A stretch of 64,000 nt of DNA from Mobula birostris (lineage: Eukaryota). Within the stretch, counting starts at the first letter, position 1. Every line of letters starts with the position of its first letter. The translations under genes and the position numbers were made by a program. Location: the NCBI RefSeq assembly GCF_030028105.1, contig NC_092393.1, positions 33,457,248 to 33,521,247 of the forward strand, given 5' to 3'. The notes beneath the pieces are model-generated. The model saw only the letters and a program-made list of their open reading frames with translations. It was not told where the DNA came from and ran no database searches. Positions 63,640 through 64,000 of the stretch are shown piece by piece.

Positions 63640-64000
63640 GAGTCAGAGAAGAACATCACAGAAACAGGCCCTTCGGCCCATCTAGTCCATGCCAAAAAAA
63701 TTTAAACTGCCTACTCCCATCGACCTAAAGCAGGATATCAGCCCTCCATACCCCTATAATCCATGTATCTTTCCAAACTTCTCTTAAACATTGAAATCGC
63801 ACTCACATGCACCACTTGCACTGGCAGCTCATTCCACACTCTGACAGCCCTCTGAGTGAAGAAACTAGCTGTCATATGCCCCCTAAACTGTTCACCTTTT
63901 ACCCTTAACCCATGACCTCTGATTGTAGTCCACCCATCCTCAGTGGAAAAAGCCTGCCTTTATTTACCCGATCTATAGCCGTCATAGTTTTGTACATCTC
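63640..64000 (-). mobile_element. CR1-type LINE 3' end, runs off the right edge
   Basis: acagaaacaggcccttcggcccatctagtccatgcc..ggcagctcattccacactctgacagccctctgagtgaagaa. Confidence 0.85.

Overview
Eukaryotic, repeat-dense, apparently non-coding (intronic or intergenic) DNA. The repeat repertoire (CR1 LINEs, V-domain SINEs, Rex1/Babar LINEs, Neptune-type Penelope elements) points to a cartilaginous fish, possibly a ray; this is inference only. I found no host protein-coding exon, rRNA, true tRNA or CRISPR array. Every recognisable ORF is a disrupted transposon fragment: an L1 3' half, several Rex1/Babar LINEs, a full-length RTE LINE with a 14-bp TSD, older RTE-BovB-like and CR1 pieces, two Penelope-like (PLE) families, Gypsy relics, two probable solo LTRs, a Tigger/pogo-type element and SINEs. 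The most notable structure is (i) seven readable minimal type-I hammerhead ribozyme motifs in PLE pseudo-LTRs, one fully intact and the others in various states of (mostly CpG) decay; (ii) inverted PLE insertions with an unpaired 3' tail; (iii) two multi-level nested insertion stacks; (iv) a very eroded Gypsy element that the ORF track barely shows; and (v) a strongly structured RTE 5' UTR. These mostly belong to known element classes; I cannot claim a previously undescribed system from sequence alone. Boundaries are read by eye and approximate unless a motif is quoted.
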